From: Mobula hypostoma
Lineage: Eukaryota
DNA length: 64,000 nucleotides
Direction: 5' to 3'
Assembly (NCBI RefSeq): GCF_963921235.1
Contig: NC_086097.1
Coordinates: forward strand, 98,086,001 to 98,150,000
The notes under the pieces were generated by a model that did no database searches, was not told where the DNA came from, and saw only the letters and a list, made by a program, of their open reading frames with translations. A program made the position numbers and the translations under genes. Positions 47,445 to 62,309 of the stretch are shown piece by piece; position 1 is the stretch's first letter; each line of letters begins with the position of its first letter.

Positions 47445-48890
47445 ACTGCTACAGTCGGAAGTTCCCACCTGCTTCTAAAAGACAACAGTTATACCAGTGC
47501 CCAAGAAGAGAAGTGTGAGCTGCCTTATTGACTATCACCCAGTGGCACTCACATCTACGGTGATGAAATGCTTTGAGAGGTTGGTCATGGCTGGAATGAA
47601 CTCCTGCCTCAGCAAGGACCTGGACCCACTGCAATTTGCAAATCAGCACAATAGGTCTATAGCAGACACAATCTCAATGGCTCTGCACACTGCCTTAGAT
47701 CTCCTGGACAATACAAACACCTATGTCAGGATGCTGTTCATTGACTATAGCTCAGTATTTAACACCAGCATTCCCACAGTCCTGAGCAGTAAGCTACAAA
47801 ACCTGGGCCTCTGTACCTCCTTCTGTAATTGGATCCTCAACTTCCTAATCAAGACCACTGTCTGTGTTAATTGGTGCTAACATCTCCTCCTCGCTGACGA
47901 TCAACACTGGTGCACTTTGGGTGTGTGCTTAGCCCACTACTCTACTCTCTCTGTACCAATGACTAAGGCAAGGCATAGCTCAAATACCATCCTTCAGTTT
48001 GCTGATGATACAACCATTGTTGGTAGAATCTCAGATGGAGATGCGTGGGCTCACAGGAGCGAGATATACCAGCTAGTTGAGCAGTGTGGCAGCAACAACC
48101 TTGCACTCAATGTCAGGAAGATGAAAAAGCTGATTGTAGACTTTAGAAACAGGAAGATGAGGAAACAAACCAACCCTCATAGAGGGATCAGAAGTGAAGA
48201 GAGTGAGCAATTTCAAATTACTGGGTGTCAAGATCTCTAAGGATCTAACCTGGTCCCAACATATTGATGCAGCTGGAAAGAAGACAAGATGCGGCTATAT
48301 TTCATTAGGGGTTTGAGGAGGTTCAGTTCGTCACCTAAAACACTCAAAAACTTCTACAGATGTACTACGGAGAGCATTTTGACAAGCTGAATCACTGTCT
48401 GATATGGGGGCGGGGGAGGGTGCTACTGCACAAGAACAAAAGAAGCTACAGAAAGTTGGAAAACTATTCAGCTCCATCATGGTGACTAGTCTCTGTAGTC
48501 CCTAAGATAGCTTCAAGGAGCAGTGCCTCAGAAAGGCAACGTCCATTAGTAAGGACCCCCATCACCCACGACGTGCCCTCTTCACATAGTTACTGTCAGG
48601 AAGGAGGTACAGGAGCCTGAAGGCACACACTCAGTGAATCAGGACAGCTTCTTCCCCTCTGCTATATGATTCCTAAATGGACATTGAACCCATAAACACT
48701 AACTTACTTTTTTTAATATATATTACTTCAGTTTTTGCACAACTTTAAATCCATTCGATATTCATAGATATACTTACTGTAATTAATTGATTTATTTTTT
48801 CTTTCTCTATTATCATGTATTGCATTGTACTGCTGTTGCTAAGTTAACAAATTTCATGACACATGCCAGTGATAATAAACCTGATTCAAA
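47445..48890 (+). mobile_element. Rex1/Babar LINE 3' part, degenerate
   Basis: [46 protein letters not shown]; tail gataataaacctgattc. Confidence 0.88.
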
Positions 48891-49427
48891 TAATTTAAAA
48901 AAAATATATAAAACTAAACAATCATTGGGAGTAACCAATATCACACGACAAAAGAACTGGTACTACATCTTTCGTTGGAAATTATACAAGTTCGTAAGTC
49001 TCCCTTATAAATGATCTGACGTTCTCAACCAAGGTGCAAAGACAATAACAAAGGAGACTGGTACAATATTAGTTGGAATGTGTTAGATTGTCTTCTCCAA
49101 TCAAAGAATGAATAATCCCTTTGTCGTTGATGTGCACATTTAACATACACTTTCTATAATTACACCAGAGAGGTGAATGCGTGGTACACAGTGAACTTTA
49201 CATTTCTTGCAGCCCTCCAGATATCAAACAGTTAATATTCTGCCTCCCATTCTCTCTAAGCATGAAAGAATGCTTAACATACTAAGCAAAAACTCACTGT
49301 AAAATAACACCATTTTTGTAACCTGAGGAGCACTAACTTTCAAACCAAGCAACCTTGCAGAAATTGACTGTGAACCACTCATAGACTGACTCCTTTCTCT
49401 AACCCTCAGAATATCAATCAATACAAT

Positions 49428-50372
49428 ACAATGTGGTAAATTGAATCAGCAAATTTGCTGATGATACAAAGATTGGAGGTGTAGTAGACAGTGAGGAAGG
49501 TTTTCAAAGCTTGCAGAGGGACTTGGACCAGCTGGAAAAATGGGCTGAAAAATGGCAGATGGAGTTTAATACAGAGAAGTGTGAGGTATTGCATGTTGGA
49601 AGGACAAACCAAGGTAGAATATACAGGGTAAATAGTAAGGCAATGAGGAGTGCAGTAGAACAGAGGGATCTGGGAATACAGATACAAAATTCCCTAAAAG
49701 TGGCGTCACAGGTAGATAGGGTCGTAAAGAGAGCTTTTGGTACATTGGCCTTTATTAATCAAAGTATTGAATATAAGAGCTGGAATATTATGATGAGGTT
49801 GTATAAGGCATTGGTGAGGCCGAATCTGGAGTATTGCATTCAGTTTTGGTCACCAAATTACAGGAAGGATATTAATAAGGTTGAAAGAGTGCAGAGAAGG
49901 TTTACAAGGATGTTGCCGGGACTTGAGAAACTCAGTTACAGGGAAAGGTTGAATAGGTTAGGACTTCATTCCCTGGAGCGTAGAAGAATGAGGGGAGATT
50001 TGATAGAGGTATATAAAACTATGATGGGTATAGATAGAGTGAATGAAAGCAGGCTTTTTCCACTGAGGCAAGGGGAGAAAAAAACCAGAGGACATAGGTT
50101 AAGGGTGAAGGGGGAAAAGTTTAAAGGGAACATTAGGGGGGGGCTTCTTCACACAGAGGGTGGTGGGAGTGTAGAATGAGCTGCCAGACGAGGTGGTAAA
50201 TGTGGGTTCTTTTTAAACATTTAAGAATAAATTGGACAGATACATGGATAGGAGGTGAATGGAGGGATATGGTCCGTGTGCAGGTCAGTGGGACTAGGCA
50301 GAAAATGGTTCCGCACAGCCAAGAAGGGCCAAAAGGCCTGTTTCTGTGCTGTAGTTTTTCTATGGTTTCTAT
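49428..50372 (+). mobile_element. CR1 3' part, same family as 42070-44900
   Basis: ORF 49511-50179 near-identical to the C-terminus of 43281-44657. Confidence 0.93.
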
Positions 50373-50959
50373 CTCTGAGAGATGATATTTCTGTCTATAA
50401 TATAGTCAGTCATTGAGGGCTGTAGCTAATCAAGACTTCACCAATTATCCTGGATCTTCAAAGAGTTGTCAATCGAAGACAATACTTTCAACAGAGCTTA
50501 CTGACCTGTGGGTCACCCACTCACTGTACATTGGGAATAACACATCTCATCTAATTTATTAAACCAAGTAGATCATTGGTTTTTTTTGATAGAGTGAAGC
50601 ATTGTTAATGCCCCAAAATGCCTACAATTAAGTGCATTAGTCCTGGTGTTTTAAATCTTCAGTTTGCAGAGTTGGACTGAGCCAAAGCATTAGATAAGAG
50701 GTCTGATCTTCAATCCATTTTGGCTTGGCATTCAGCCAGACTGAGACTTGGATTCAATTTTAAGATTGCGAAAAAAGCATCACTTTGTCTGCAGCCAATT
50801 GATATAGTTCCTCGGAAAATACCCTGATTAAACGCATTTAAGTGCTGACCGCATTAGTAAGAAATTTGGGTTTAAGATTTCATTCATGAACAAGAATTCA
50901 TATTGGCACAAGGCTTAGAACATAAAACATAGAAATTTACAGCACAATATCAGCCCTTT

Positions 50960-51627
50960 GAGGACAGATCATTATCCGAATGGTGTCAAGGGGAAGTACA
51001 ACGAGATCTAGGTGTCCTTGTTCATCAGTCACTGAAAGTAAACATGCAGGTACAGCAGGTAGTGAAGAAAGATAATGGCATGCTGGCCATCATAACAAGG
51101 GGAATTGAGTATAGGAGCAAAGAGGTCCTATTGAGGGAGTTCAGCGTAGGTTCACGAGGTTAATTCCCGGGATGGAGGGACTGTCATATGTTGAAAGATT
51201 GGAGCGAGTTGTATACACTAGAATTTAGAAGGATGAGAGGGGATCTGATTGAAACATATAAGATTATTAAGGGATTGGACACACTAGAGGCAGGAAACAT
51301 GTTCCCGATGTTGGGGGAGTCCAGAACCAGAGGCCACAGTTTAAGAATAAGGGGTAGACAATTTAGAACAAAGTTGAGGAAAAACTTTTTCACACAGAGG
51401 GTTGTGGTTCTGTGGAATGCTCTGTCTCAGAAGGCAGTGGAGGCCAATTCTCTGGATTCTTTCAAAAAAAGAGTTCAGTAGAGCTCTTAAAGATAGCGGA
51501 GTGAAGGGATATGGGGAGAAGTCAGGAAAAGGGTATTGATTGTGGATGATCAGCCATGATCACAGTGAAAGGTGGTGCTGGCTCAAAGGGCTGAATGGCC
51601 TACTCCTGCACCTATTGTCTATTGTCT
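50960..51627 (+). mobile_element. CR1 3' part with internal deletions
   Basis: VQRDLGVLVHQSLK, RRMRGDLIETYK; (ctattgt) tail. Confidence 0.85.
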
Positions 51628-52274
51628 TTGGCCCATAATGTTATGCCGACCTATTAACCAAGTGACATTAAATTATTTTTTCTCCTTTTTACATTTTTTT
51701 CTCTGAAAGTCTTTGATCCCGGCTATAGGAACTTGTTAATGGCTTTCTCTCACTTGACAGTGAAAGAAAATACCACAGAGGGGGAGCGAACTCAGCAGTC
51801 CTAGTGAAAGACTTGTCATTCAAATTCATTCAAAATGCAGCTCAGTTGGGAGGGATGCGACGCACAGCACAATTTAGTCACAGATGTTTATGATCATATA
51901 CTCATAGACATTATGATGAATATACTGAAATTTAGTGCTGGCAGCAGATCTTCATTTGTCCTTCATCCAGCTTCAACTTAAATGGAGGACTGCAGGACCT
52001 GCCTAATGAGATGGCACTGCTCCCAACATCAACGTCTCTGCCCCTATGATCTTGCTTTATGTTACAGAGAAATTGTCTAATTGTTTTGTCATTTTAACTA
52101 CCCAAATTAGATCACCACTGGGCCTTGTAAACTCAAGGGATTATGTGAATTTAACATGATATAATACTTACGACCTGAGTATCATCCTGTAAACCTTTTC
52201 AATGACCCTTTCAAGGTCAGGATTTTGGTGTCCAGATTGAATGCAACTGGGGTCTGAACAAAACCGTACAAATA

Positions 52275-55097
52275 TGATATCGTTGGGATCACAGAGACAT
52301 GGCTCCAGGGTGACCAGGGATGGGAGCTCAACGTTCAGGGATATTCAATATTCAGGAGGGATAGACATGAAGGAAGGGGAGGTGGGGTGGCGTTGCTGGT
52401 TAAAAAAGAGATTAACGCAATAGAAAGGAAGGACATAAGCCGGGAAGATGTGGAATCGATATGGGTAGAGCTGCGTAACACTAAGGGGCAGAAGACGCTG
52501 GTGGGAGTTGTGTACAGGCCACCTAACAGTAGTAGTGAGGTCGGAGATGGTATTAAACAGGAAATTAGAAATGTGTGCAATAAAGGAACAGCAGTTATAA
52601 TGGGTGACTTCAATCTACATGTAGACTGGGTGAACCAAATTGGTAAAGGTGCTGAGGAAGAGGATTTCTTGGAATGTATGCGGGATGGTTTTTTGAACCA
52701 ACATGTCGAGGAACCAACTAGAGAGCAGGCTATTCTGGACTGGGTTTTGAACAATGAGGAAGGGTTAATTAGCGATCTTGTCGTGAGAGGCCCCTTGGGT
52801 AAGAGTGACCATAATATGGTGGAATTCTTCATTAATATGGAGAGTGAGATAGTTAATTCAGAAACAAAGGTTCTGAACTTAAAGAGGGGTAACTTTGAAG
52901 GTATGAGACGTGAATTAGCTAAGATAGACTGGCAAATGACACTTAAAGGATTGACGGTGGATATGCAATGGCAAGCATTTAAAGGTTGCATGGATGAACT
53001 ACAACAATTGTTCATCCCAGTTTGGCAAAAGAATAAATCAAGGAAGGTAGTGCACCCATGGCTGACAAGAGAAATTAGGGATAGTATCAATTCCAAAGAA
53101 GTAGCATACAAATTAGCCAGAGAAAGTGGCTCACCTGAGGACTGGGAGAAATTCAGAGTTCAGCAGATGAGGACAAAGGGCTTAATTAGGAAGGGAAAAA
53201 AGATTATGAGAGAAAACTGGCGGGGAACATAAAAACTGACTGTAAAAGCTTTTATAGATATGTAAAAAGGAAAAGACTGGTAAAGACAAATGTAGGTCCC
53301 CTGCAGACAGAAACAGGTGAATTGATTATGGGAAGCAAGGACATGGCAGACCAATTGAATAATTACTTTGGTTCTGTCTTCACTAAGGAGGACATAAATA
53401 ATCTTCCAGAAATAGTAAGGGACAGAGGGTCCAGTGAGATGGAGGAACTGAGTGAAATACATGTTAGTAGGGAAGTGGTGTTAGGTAAATTGAAGGGATT
53501 GAAGGCAGATAAATCCCCAGGGCCAGATGGTCTGCATCCTAGAGTGCTTAAGGAAGTAGCCCAAGAAATAGTGGATGCATTAGTGATAATTTTTCAAAAC
53601 TCGTTAGATTCTGGACTAGTTCCTGAGGATTGGAGGGTGGCTAATGTAACCCCACTTTTTAAAAAAGGAGGGAGAGAGAAACCGGGAAATTATAGACCGG
53701 TTAGCCTAACGTCAGTGGTGGGGAAACTGCTGGAGTCAGTTATCAAGGATGTGATAACAGCACATTTGGAAAGCGGTGAAATGATCGGACAAAGTCAGCA
53801 TGGATTTGTGAAAGGAAAATCATGTCTGACGAATCTCATAGAATTTTTTGAGGATGTAACTAGTAGAGTGGATAGGGGAGAACCAGTGGATGTGGTATAT
53901 TTGGATTTTCAAAAGGCTTTTGACAAGGTCCCACACAGGAGATTAGTGTGCAAACTTAAAGCACACGGTATTGGCGGTAAGGTATTGGTGTGGGTGGAGA
54001 ATTGGTTAGCAGACAGGAAGCAAAGAGTGGGAATAAACGGGACCTTTTCAGAATGGCAGGCAGTGACTAGTGGGGTACCGCAAGGCTCAGTGCTGCGACC
54101 CCAGTTGTTTACAATATATATTAATGACTTGGATGAGGGAATTAAATGCAGCATCTCCAAGTTTGCGGATGACACGAAGCTGGGTGGCAGTGTTAGCTGT
54201 GAGGAGGATGCTAAGAGGATGCAGGGTGACTTGGATAGGTTGGGTGAGTGGGCAAACTCATGGCAGATGCAATTTAATGTGGATAAATGTGAAGTTATCC
54301 ACTTTGGTGGCAAAAATAGGAAAACAGATTATTATCTGAATGGTGGCCGATTAGGAAAAGGGGAGGTGCAACGAGACCTGGGTGTCATTATACACCAGTC
54401 ATTGAAAGTGGGCATGCAGGTACAGCAGGCAGTGAAAAAGGCAAATGGTATGCTGGCATTTATAGCGAGAGGATTCGAGTACAGGAGCAGGGAGGTACTA
54501 CTGCAGTTGTACAAGGCCTTGGTGAGACCACACCTGGAGTATTGTGTGCAGTTTTGGTCCCCTAATCTGAGGAAAGACATCTTTGCCATAGAGGGAGTAC
54601 AAAGAAGGTTCACCAGATTGATTCCTGGGATGGCAGGACTTTCATATGAAGAAAGACTGGATGAACTGGCTTGTACTCGTTGGAATTTAGAAGATTGAGG
54701 GGGGATCTGATTGAAACGTATAAGATCCTAAAGGGATTGGACAGGCTAGATGCAGGAAGATTGTTCCCAATATTGGGGAAGTCCAGAACGAGGGGTCACA
54801 GTTTGAGGATAGAGGGGAAGCCTTTTAGGACCGAGATTAGGAAAAACTTCTTCACACAGAGAGTGGTGAATCTGTGGAATTCTCTGCCACAGGAAACTGT
54901 TGAGGCCAGTTCATTGGCTATGTTTAAGAGGGAGTTAGATATGGCCCTTGTGGCTACAGGGGTCAGGGGGTATGGAGGGAAGGCTGGGGCGGAGTTCTGA
55001 GTTGGATGATCAGCCATGATCATAATAAATGGCAGTGCAGGCTCGAAGGGCCAAATGGCCTACTCCTGCACCTATTTTCTATGTTTCTATGTTTCTA
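52275..55097 (+). mobile_element. CR1 LINE, near-complete ORF2 with a few frameshifts
   Basis: 52387-53232 (endonuclease), 53322-54698 (RT), 54671-55000; (tttctatg)n tail; same family as 1756-4206. Confidence 0.95.
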
Positions 55098-55214
55098 AAT
55101 AAAGCACAGTGTTCTCCTCTTTGTATTCTGGTCTACTTGAGGTTGATATACTACGGAATTTTTAAATAGCTGACTCCAAAATTATTAAATGATAGGGTAC
55201 TCAAAGCATCCACT

Positions 55215-57620
55215 TAAGCTCAAACTCAACTTTATTGTCATCTTACTGTATGTATATGTAACCAAGAGGTTGCAAGAAAAACAGTAAAAATAGCAGATGA
55301 AGCATCCTTCAACCTCTGGACCATGGTGCACCCACAAAACATATATCACACAGAGCACATAAAGCAAAGTATCACCACAAATATGTTAATAAAATATAAT
55401 TCAAAGTGCATGTAGTGTGCAGCACAGGTAAACATTAAAGAGCTCACGGTCCGAGTGATGAGACCTCAGTGTTGGCAGGGTATTCATTAGCCTCACAGCC
55501 CGAGAGAAGAAGCTGTAACCAAATCTGGCGATGCTAGTCCTGATGCTCCTGTGCCTTCTTCTTGACAGTAGCGGGTCAAAGAGATTGTGGGGTGGGTGGT
55601 AGGGATCGTCAAGAATGCTTCGGGCCCTTTGTATACATTACTGCTAGTAAATGTCATTAACCGGGGGAAGGAGACACTGGTGATCTCTTGGTGGCTTTTA
55701 CTATCCTCTGTAGGGTCTTGTGGTCCAATGCCTTACATCTGCTGTAGCACACAATGTTACAGCCAGACAGGCCTCTCTGGATGATGCTGCTGTAGAAAGT
55801 TGCTAGAATGGGGGCTGGGGAGTTTTGCACATTTCAGTCTCCTCAGAAAGTGTAGATGCTGTTGTGCCTTCTTGACTAATGAGGAGGTGTTGTGGGTCTA
55901 GGTTAGATTGTCCATTATGTGCACACCAAGGATCTTTGCATTCTTCACTCTCTCTGCAGCAGAGCCATTGATGTGCAATGACGAGTGATTGATCTGCATC
56001 TTCCTTTAGTCCATAATATCTCTTTTGTCTTTTCCATGTTGAGACTCAGGTTGTTGCTCTCATACCATTTGGTCTCTACCTCCTCTCTGTATGCCCGCTC
56101 ATCAGTGTTGCTGATGAGGCCAACCACTGTTGTATCATCAGCGAACTTGATGACTCGGTTTGAGCGGGATCTGGCTGTGTAGTCATGAGTCAGCAGTGCG
56201 AACAGCAGCAGGCTGAGCTCACAGCCCTGGGGGGCAACAGTGCTCAGTGTGATGGAGTTTGAGATGTTGCTGACTGGGGTCTTTCAATCAAGAAGTCTAA
56301 AATCCAGTTACAGAAGGTGGTGTTGGCTCCCAGGGAGGAGAGTTTACCCACCGACCTCTGAGGGATAATCGTGTTAAACGGCAAGCTGAAGTTCACAAAC
56401 AGTATCCAGGGGTATGATCTATTATTTTCTATGTAGGACAGGATGGAGTGGAGGGCCAAGGCTATGTCATCATCAGTAGACCAGATTGAGCGATAGGTAA
56501 ACTGGAAAGAGTCCGCCATAGCTGGAAGGTGGGATTTTAAATGATTCACTATCAGATGCTCAAAGTACTTAATGACTGTTAAAGTCACTGCCACTGGGCA
56601 GTATGCATTATGGCCGGTTACCGTCACTCTTGAACACCAGAATGATGGTGACTGCTTTGAGGCCTGCAGTGGACTGTTTCAAAGAGCTGTTAAAGATGTC
56701 CGTTATGACCTGTGTTAGCTGGGCCGCACAATCCCTCAGCACCCAGCCAGGCATGTTATCAAGCCCCACAACTTTGCGTGGGGTTCCACTAGCTAGGATC
56801 CTCCTCACCTCAGTTGTGACCAGACAGTGTCTGTCCCTCGGGGTGTCTGAGGGCTTTTTCTCAATGTCACATCATTCATTCCGTTAAATTGTGTGTAGAA
56901 GGTATTCAGCCTGTTTGGAAAGGAAGACATCTCTGTCATTGATGCACAGGGTGGACTTGGAGTCTGTTAGGGTTTGTATACCTTGCCACATGCACCGCAT
57001 GTCCCTGGTGTCACAAAGGTGTCCGTGAATTTTCTCTGAGTGCTCTCACTTTGCCTTCCTAATGACACTCAAGAGCGTGGCTCTTAAGAGTCATCCTATC
57101 CCCGATTTGAAGGTCGTGTCCTGATCTCTGAACGGTGCACAGACCCCTGCAGTCAGCCATGGTTGCTGGTTTGCCCTGGCAGTGTGGTATTTAATCACAG
57201 TAACGTTTTTAATGCATTTTCCTAGGTAGCCAGTCACCAATCCTGTGTATTCATAAATGTTGACGTGATGATGGAATATGCTGCATTCTGTGCTCTCAAA
57301 ACAGTCCTACAGTGCTGAGCTGTCACCTCCTGGACAGGTCATGAACTCTCTGTAAACTCACTGAGTCACTGGTTTACTCATTTGACCCATTTAACCAGTG
57401 GTCTGTATGCAGGATTAACAAAATGGGTATGTGGTCTGAGTGTCTGAGATGAGGGTTGGAGGGGGGCAGCGGTGTTGCCTCCATGAGTATTGGTATAGAT
57501 CAGGTCACTACGTTCATCCTTCTGGTTGCAAAGTTGACATACTGGTCGAAATTCTGCAGAGCTGTTTTCTAAGTTGCCATGATTGAAGTCACCACCAACA
57601 ATGCAGAAACCATTGGGACT
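55215..57620 (-). mobile_element. Rex1/Babar LINE, degenerate
   Basis: VLRDCAAQLTQVITDIFNSSL, CPVAVT..IKYFEHL, FCNWILDFL, VGLISNTDERAYREEV. Confidence 0.8.
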
Positions 57621-57894
57621 AATATCCCCTTGTTCTCTTCACATCAAACTTTGTCATTGTTTCTCCAAGAATATATCATTCGTACACTAATCCAAGCCAA
57701 AATTGTGTCACAGTGCCAGGATATAAAAATGATGGCTCTGTGACCACTCCCACATCAGAGAATTATTTAACAGGATCTAAAACTAAAAGTAGAAAAAATA
57801 AAAACCTTGAATCTGGTGATGCCTAATCCATGGAGACAACATGAGGGTTGGCAATGGCATCAAAGCACTGTGGGTGCTGGAAGCCCAATACTAG

Positions 57895-58665
57895 AACAAG
57901 GAATGTGCTTCACCTGTGAGTCTGTCAGGGTCATTTATTGTCTCCGGGGCTCACAGTGTGGCCTCCTCTGCCTTGGTGAGACCCAATGCAAATTGAGGGC
58001 TGCTTTGTTGAACTCCTTCACTCTGTCCGTCGCAACAGCCAAGATGTCCTGGTGGCCATCTATTTCAATTCCACTTCCCATTCCCACATCAACATGTCTC
58101 TCCATGGTCTCCTTTATTGCCACAGTTAGACCAGACACAGGTTGGAGGAGCATCACCTCATATTCCATCTGGGTAGTCTCCAATCTGATGACATGAATAT
58201 CTATTTCTCTAACTTCTGGTACACACAACCCTCTGTTCACCTCCCCGCCCCAACCTTTGATTTCATTCATTCTAGTGATGCTCGCACCACTTCTCTTCCT
58301 CTTCCCTGTTCTCATCACCTCCCTCTGGCTCTCCACCTTCCCTTTCTTCCATGGTCTACTGCCACCTCCTATCAGATTCCTTATTCTTCAGTTCCTTCCC
58401 AATTCCGCATACCTGCTCCTAGCTTCTTATATCATCTTCTAACAAACCTCTCCAAATTTCCCCACCCACCTATCTTTCTCCTCACCTGGTCTCACCTATC
58501 ACTTGCCAGCTTTCACTCCTTCCCCTCCTCCACCTTTTAATTCTGGCTTCTACCCCCTTCCTTTCCACCCTGTTGAAGGGTGACGGCCCAAATCATCAAC
58601 TCTTTATTCTCCTCCAGTATTTTATGTGTGTTGCTCAAGATTTCTGACATCTGCAGAATTCTTAT
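57895..58665 (+). mobile_element. Degenerate Penelope-like 3' fragment (GIY-YIG + pseudo-LTR)
   Basis: FTCESVRVIYC...CGLLCLGET and LEEHHLIFHLGSLQ, followed by a pyrimidine-rich tail with a decayed hammerhead motif. Confidence 0.75.
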
Positions 58666-59889
58666 TACAACTTACTTCCACTTTCTGCTTCTCATCATCA
58701 GTGGTGTGGAATATCATGCCCTCAAGCCCAGTATCTCACTCACCCATACTACCCATAAAATCCAAGGTCCAAGTTCTGATGCACTATCATAGCCTGCCAA
58801 CCCCAGAAGAAGGGGTGCTTAGCAGCTAGCACAACACTATTACAGCTCGGGGCATCAGAGTTCAGAGTTCACTCTTAGTGTCTTCTGTAAGGAGTTTGTA
58901 CATCCTCCCTGTGGAATCCGTGGGTTTTCTCCAGGTGCTCTGGATCCCCTCACACAGTCCAAAAACGGACAGATTAGTAGGATCCTTCATCAACTGTGGG
59001 ATTGAGTTTAAGAGCAATGAGGTAATGTTAAGACTATATAAGACCTCAGTTAGACTCCACTTGGAGTACTGTGTTTAGTTCTGGTCACCTCAGTACAGGA
59101 AGGATGTGGATACTATAGAGGGAGTGCAGAGGAGATTTTCAAGGATGTTGCCTGGATTGGAGAGTGTGCCTTATGAGAATAGGTTGAATGTGCTCGGCCT
59201 TTTCTCCTTGGAACAACGGAGGATGAGAGGTGACCTGATAGAGGTGTATAAGGTAATGAGAGGCATTGATCTAGGGCTATGGGATAGGGAAATTCTTGGT
59301 AGTTTCTGGAGTAGGTTACCTGGTCGGCACCACTTTGTGGGCCAAAGGGCCTGTAATGTGCTGTCGATTTCTATGTTCTATGTTCTATGCTAATTGGTCA
59401 TTGTAAATGGTCCCATGATTAGACTAGGTTTAAATCGGGGGTTGCTGGGATTGTGGCCAGAGGAAGGTGTGCAGACAAGGGGTCAGGGTTGTGATCAGAG
59501 ATGGTGTCGGGAACATTTGCGTTATTTCCTGTTGTCTTTAAACTGACCTGGTTCACTGGAAATTTTATTGTGCTACTCCGTAAAAGTGCACTGGGTAGTA
59601 ATAAGAGTAACACCCAATAGTCAAGAAAATCGGCACGTCTAGTTGTACCAAAGTCTTGTGTTGCCAGATTATCAGAGTGTAATTGTACCTTTGAGGTGCT
59701 TTATGGTCTTGCCACACCCAGTAGTATTTTCCTTGTTCACAAATCCATTGCCATTGACTGCTGTGTCTCTAAGATCCTTATCCATTGATAGTTGGCCAAG
59801 AGATGATGGCCTAGAAGTCAAACTGAACTGAAACTGTGTAAGGTCAATATATTCTAGTGTGATAGCCTACCCTTGTGTGAATAATTCTT

Positions 59890-62214
59890 ATAGTGATTTT
59901 TGGGAAGGTAGTGCAGAAAATATGTGATAGCATTGCAGTGGTGGTAGCTTTCTGTGAGGGGGACTGGGAGTTGCACCTCCATGCTATAAGAACCATGATC
60001 CCATGGTGCTTTGCCTATGATAAGATGAATTATGCCAGGTACCTGTCCCCTTACTTTGCTCAGATGATGAACCTCCCAGAGTAGAATCCTTCTGTGTATG
60101 AGGCCTTCAAGACAGGCCAATTCTCAGTGCAGCTGTCAAGTAACAACCCCTTTGGGCAGATCCCTGTGGACCAGGCTATTGAAGCCACAGTGAACAAAGA
60201 CACACAGACTCCTGGAGACACATCACAGTTCAGCCTGAATGCTGGAGCTATCAAGCATTACTACATAACAGCTGAGCACCGCAGTGCATTCCTGGGACAG
60301 TTAAGGGAGATGGTGCAAGACAACAAATCAGAGCTTTGCCATGCAGAGCTACAGAGGCCAAGAATCCAGAAAGATGAGGAAGCAGTTTCACCAGTGGTTA
60401 GCCTCGTACATGAATGGGTCAACCGATTTGCAGAGAAGCAGGACCTTACTAACATCTCTACAATAAAGGCAGCCCCCAAGGACATTGCCTCCGACCTGAT
60501 GAAGGCATATGAGATTGGTGAGTAATACTATGCAATCTTCAAGGATGAGAGACTAGAGGAAGACCCACCAGCAAAAAAAAAATTCCATGACCCAATGAAA
60601 ACCAACAAGCTGAAAACATTCAGTGATATGTGTAAGAAGAGAGAAGTGAAATCAAATGGGAGGGCGATCATCTTGAAAGCCGACAGGTCTTTGTTTGGAC
60701 GCATCCTAGTGATGGCACAAGGGCACAGTCTACGTCTGGAGGATATCCTTCCTCATCCCCTTGGACCATTGCCCTGGGCCCTGTCCACACCAGAAGGATC
60801 GCTGAGAAAAACAAATAAAGCTACTTTAGCCACAACCTTGCAGAAAAATGTAGCAGTAGAAGAGCAACTCCCAGGAAACTCTGCTACAGTGGTTGATGAA
60901 ATGAACTTGGTCCAAAGAGTGAAAGGTGATCAAGTTACTTTCAGAGATGTTGCCACAACAATTCTGGGTATGGCTCTGAGGGAAGGCAGTCAAAGTAGCA
61001 GAATAGATGTTGTAGTCAACACATACAAGGAGAACTCTATCAAGAATAGTGAAAGATCTCTACCGGGTGAAGAGACTGGTCATGAGTTGCAAGGTATCAC
61101 AGGCACACAGACGGTGAGGCAGTGGAGGAGCTTCCTGACCAAAGTCAGTAACAAAAATAGTCTCATTAGCTTCAATAGTCCATGGATGGAGGAAGGCGGA
61201 GTACAGAGCAAAGCTACAGAAGATTCTGTATGCAACTGTGAATGACAAATGTTACATAATCACATCTCAAGACAGTGAGGAGGTATCAGCTCTTCAGTGT
61301 CAACAAGAAGCAGATGGCCACCTACTTCTCCATGCTTCCCATGCCACATGAGAGGAATACCAATCTGTAGTGATCTGCTCAGAAGACACAGATGTCTTTA
61401 TCACGTCTCTAGCATATTTGTGGGACAAGATTGAGGCCCCATTGTTCCAGAAGTGTGGCACTAGAACCCGTACAAGTCTTGTAGACATCAGGAAGGTTGC
61501 TGCCACTGTTGGTATAGAGGTTTGTAGGGCTCTCGTCAGGTTGCACAGATATACAGGATGTAAGACTGTAAGTGCTTTTGGAGGCAAAGGGAAGACAAGT
61601 GCCCTAAAACTTCTGACCAGCAACAGGGAAACTCAGGACACATTCTTAGAGTTGGGTCAGGAATGGGACCTCTCCCCAGAACTGATGGACAAACTGGAGG
61701 CATTTACTGTACGTGTCTCCTGTATGCCCCAAAAGCATCGACCACCGAGGTCAATGAGCTCAGGTATCACATTTTCTGTGCCAAAAAAAGGTGAAATCGA
61801 AAGTCATCAACTCCCACCGTGCAAGTACTGTTTAACAAAACATGCACAGCGAGCCAACTACCAGGCTGGTATATGGAGAAGATATTTGGAGAAGGACCCA
61901 CAACTGCCAAGCCCTGTTGGCAGAGGATGGAAGATGGAGAGAGAAGAGGAAGCTGAACAGTTGGTGGTGCACTGGATGGAAGGCCAGCCAGCACCCGATG
62001 CCATCCTGGATCTACTGGCCTGTAACTGTCCAAAAAAATGTTCACTCCCAAGATGTATGTGTGTTGCAAATGGCCTCAGGTGCACTGACATGTGTAGACT
62101 GGCAGACTGTGAGAACCAGGCATCCACCTCAGAGCGTGTGGAAAGTTCAGATGAAGATGTGGAAGACGTAGAAGACTTTATTATGATTATTAATAGGTTA
62201 TGAAAGTAAAACAA
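59890..62214 (+). mobile_element. Academ (XPG-type) DNA transposon coding remnant
   Basis: EGDWELHLHAI..M.P..FAYD..NYARY and DQAIEATVNKD (transposase region); Y..NSIK..ER, EADGHLLLHA, SEDTDV, GCKTVSAFGGKGK (XPG/FEN1-like with H3TH); C-terminal Cys-rich CNCPKKC...CMC...GLRCTDMC...CEN. Stops and frameshifts. Confidence 0.78.
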
Positions 62215-62309
62215 AGTATGGAAAGCAGCTTTTGATTAAATATATTCATTTTACAACCAAATGGGGTCTAGGTTATGGCCATGTGGAACCCCACATTTGA
62301 ATTATTGTA

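Noticed and set aside
48925..48993. Exon ending at ttc|gtaagt
   Set aside because: Good donor but no convincing acceptor, and the peptide is unrecognised.
61990..62120. Host tesmin/LIN54 CXC gene
   Set aside because: The Cys motif is the C-terminus of an intronless, frameshifted Academ-type ORF.
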